This document shows, piece after piece, positions 63,836-64,000 of a stretch of DNA of 64,000 nt. Location: NCBI GenBank assembly GCA_028534125.1, contig CM052816.1, forward strand, positions 35,900,001-35,964,000, given 5' to 3'. Position numbers and translations under genes: made by a program. Below the pieces are notes generated by a model that saw only the letters and a list, made by a program, of their open reading frames with translations, made no database searches and was not told the origin of the DNA. This DNA comes from Lama glama. Taxonomy: Eukaryota. Position 1 is the first letter of the stretch. Each line of letters opens with the position of its first letter.

Positions 63836-64000
63836 TTTCCATGGTATTAAAGCACCTTGCCTAATGTAGGGTACCAATGGATGAAATGACAATTTTTACT
63901 GGATTCTGATCATGTAACGTTTGATATTTATACACTAAAGCTCTTAAAATTGCTCAGTTGACAGTTATAGAAACAGACTACGTATGTGCCTTTGTACCTG

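Noticed and set aside
1..64000. tRNA, snoRNA, snRNA, miRNA, CRISPR arrays or prokaryote-type gene systems
   Set aside because: None recognised by eye; the sequence is clearly mammalian. An Infernal/Rfam scan would be needed to exclude small RNAs formally.

Overview
Mammalian, AT-rich, CpG-depleted non-coding DNA that reads as the interior of a long intron of a gene transcribed on the + strand. The evidence for + transcription is that poly-T runs dominate the + strand, every recognisable L1 is antisense, and the best splice-signal pairs are on +. The young L1 3' ends resemble camelid-type L1 as I recall them, which is unverified. No host protein-coding exon can be supported. The only protein homology is frameshifted LINE-1 ORF2 C-terminal sequence at about 52.3-53.5 kb. 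One convincing 125-nt exon candidate (2127-2251), probably 5'UTR and containing a short ORF, lies near the start. The rest is ancient repeats (MIR, L2, CR1/L3, L1ME, hAT MITEs, a MER21-like solo LTR with 5-bp TSD) and several very short young L1 insertions with TSDs, one with a probable 3' transduction. There are also dense transcription-factor motif clusters, the most striking being a ~380-bp PU.1/RUNX/AP-1/CRE/C-EBP/NF-kB/STAT module at 16.56-16.94 kb. I found no evidence of a new gene system, CRISPR array or RNA gene. Repeat family names come from recalled consensus similarity, boundaries are approximate unless TSDs are given, and all regulatory calls are motif-level hypotheses.
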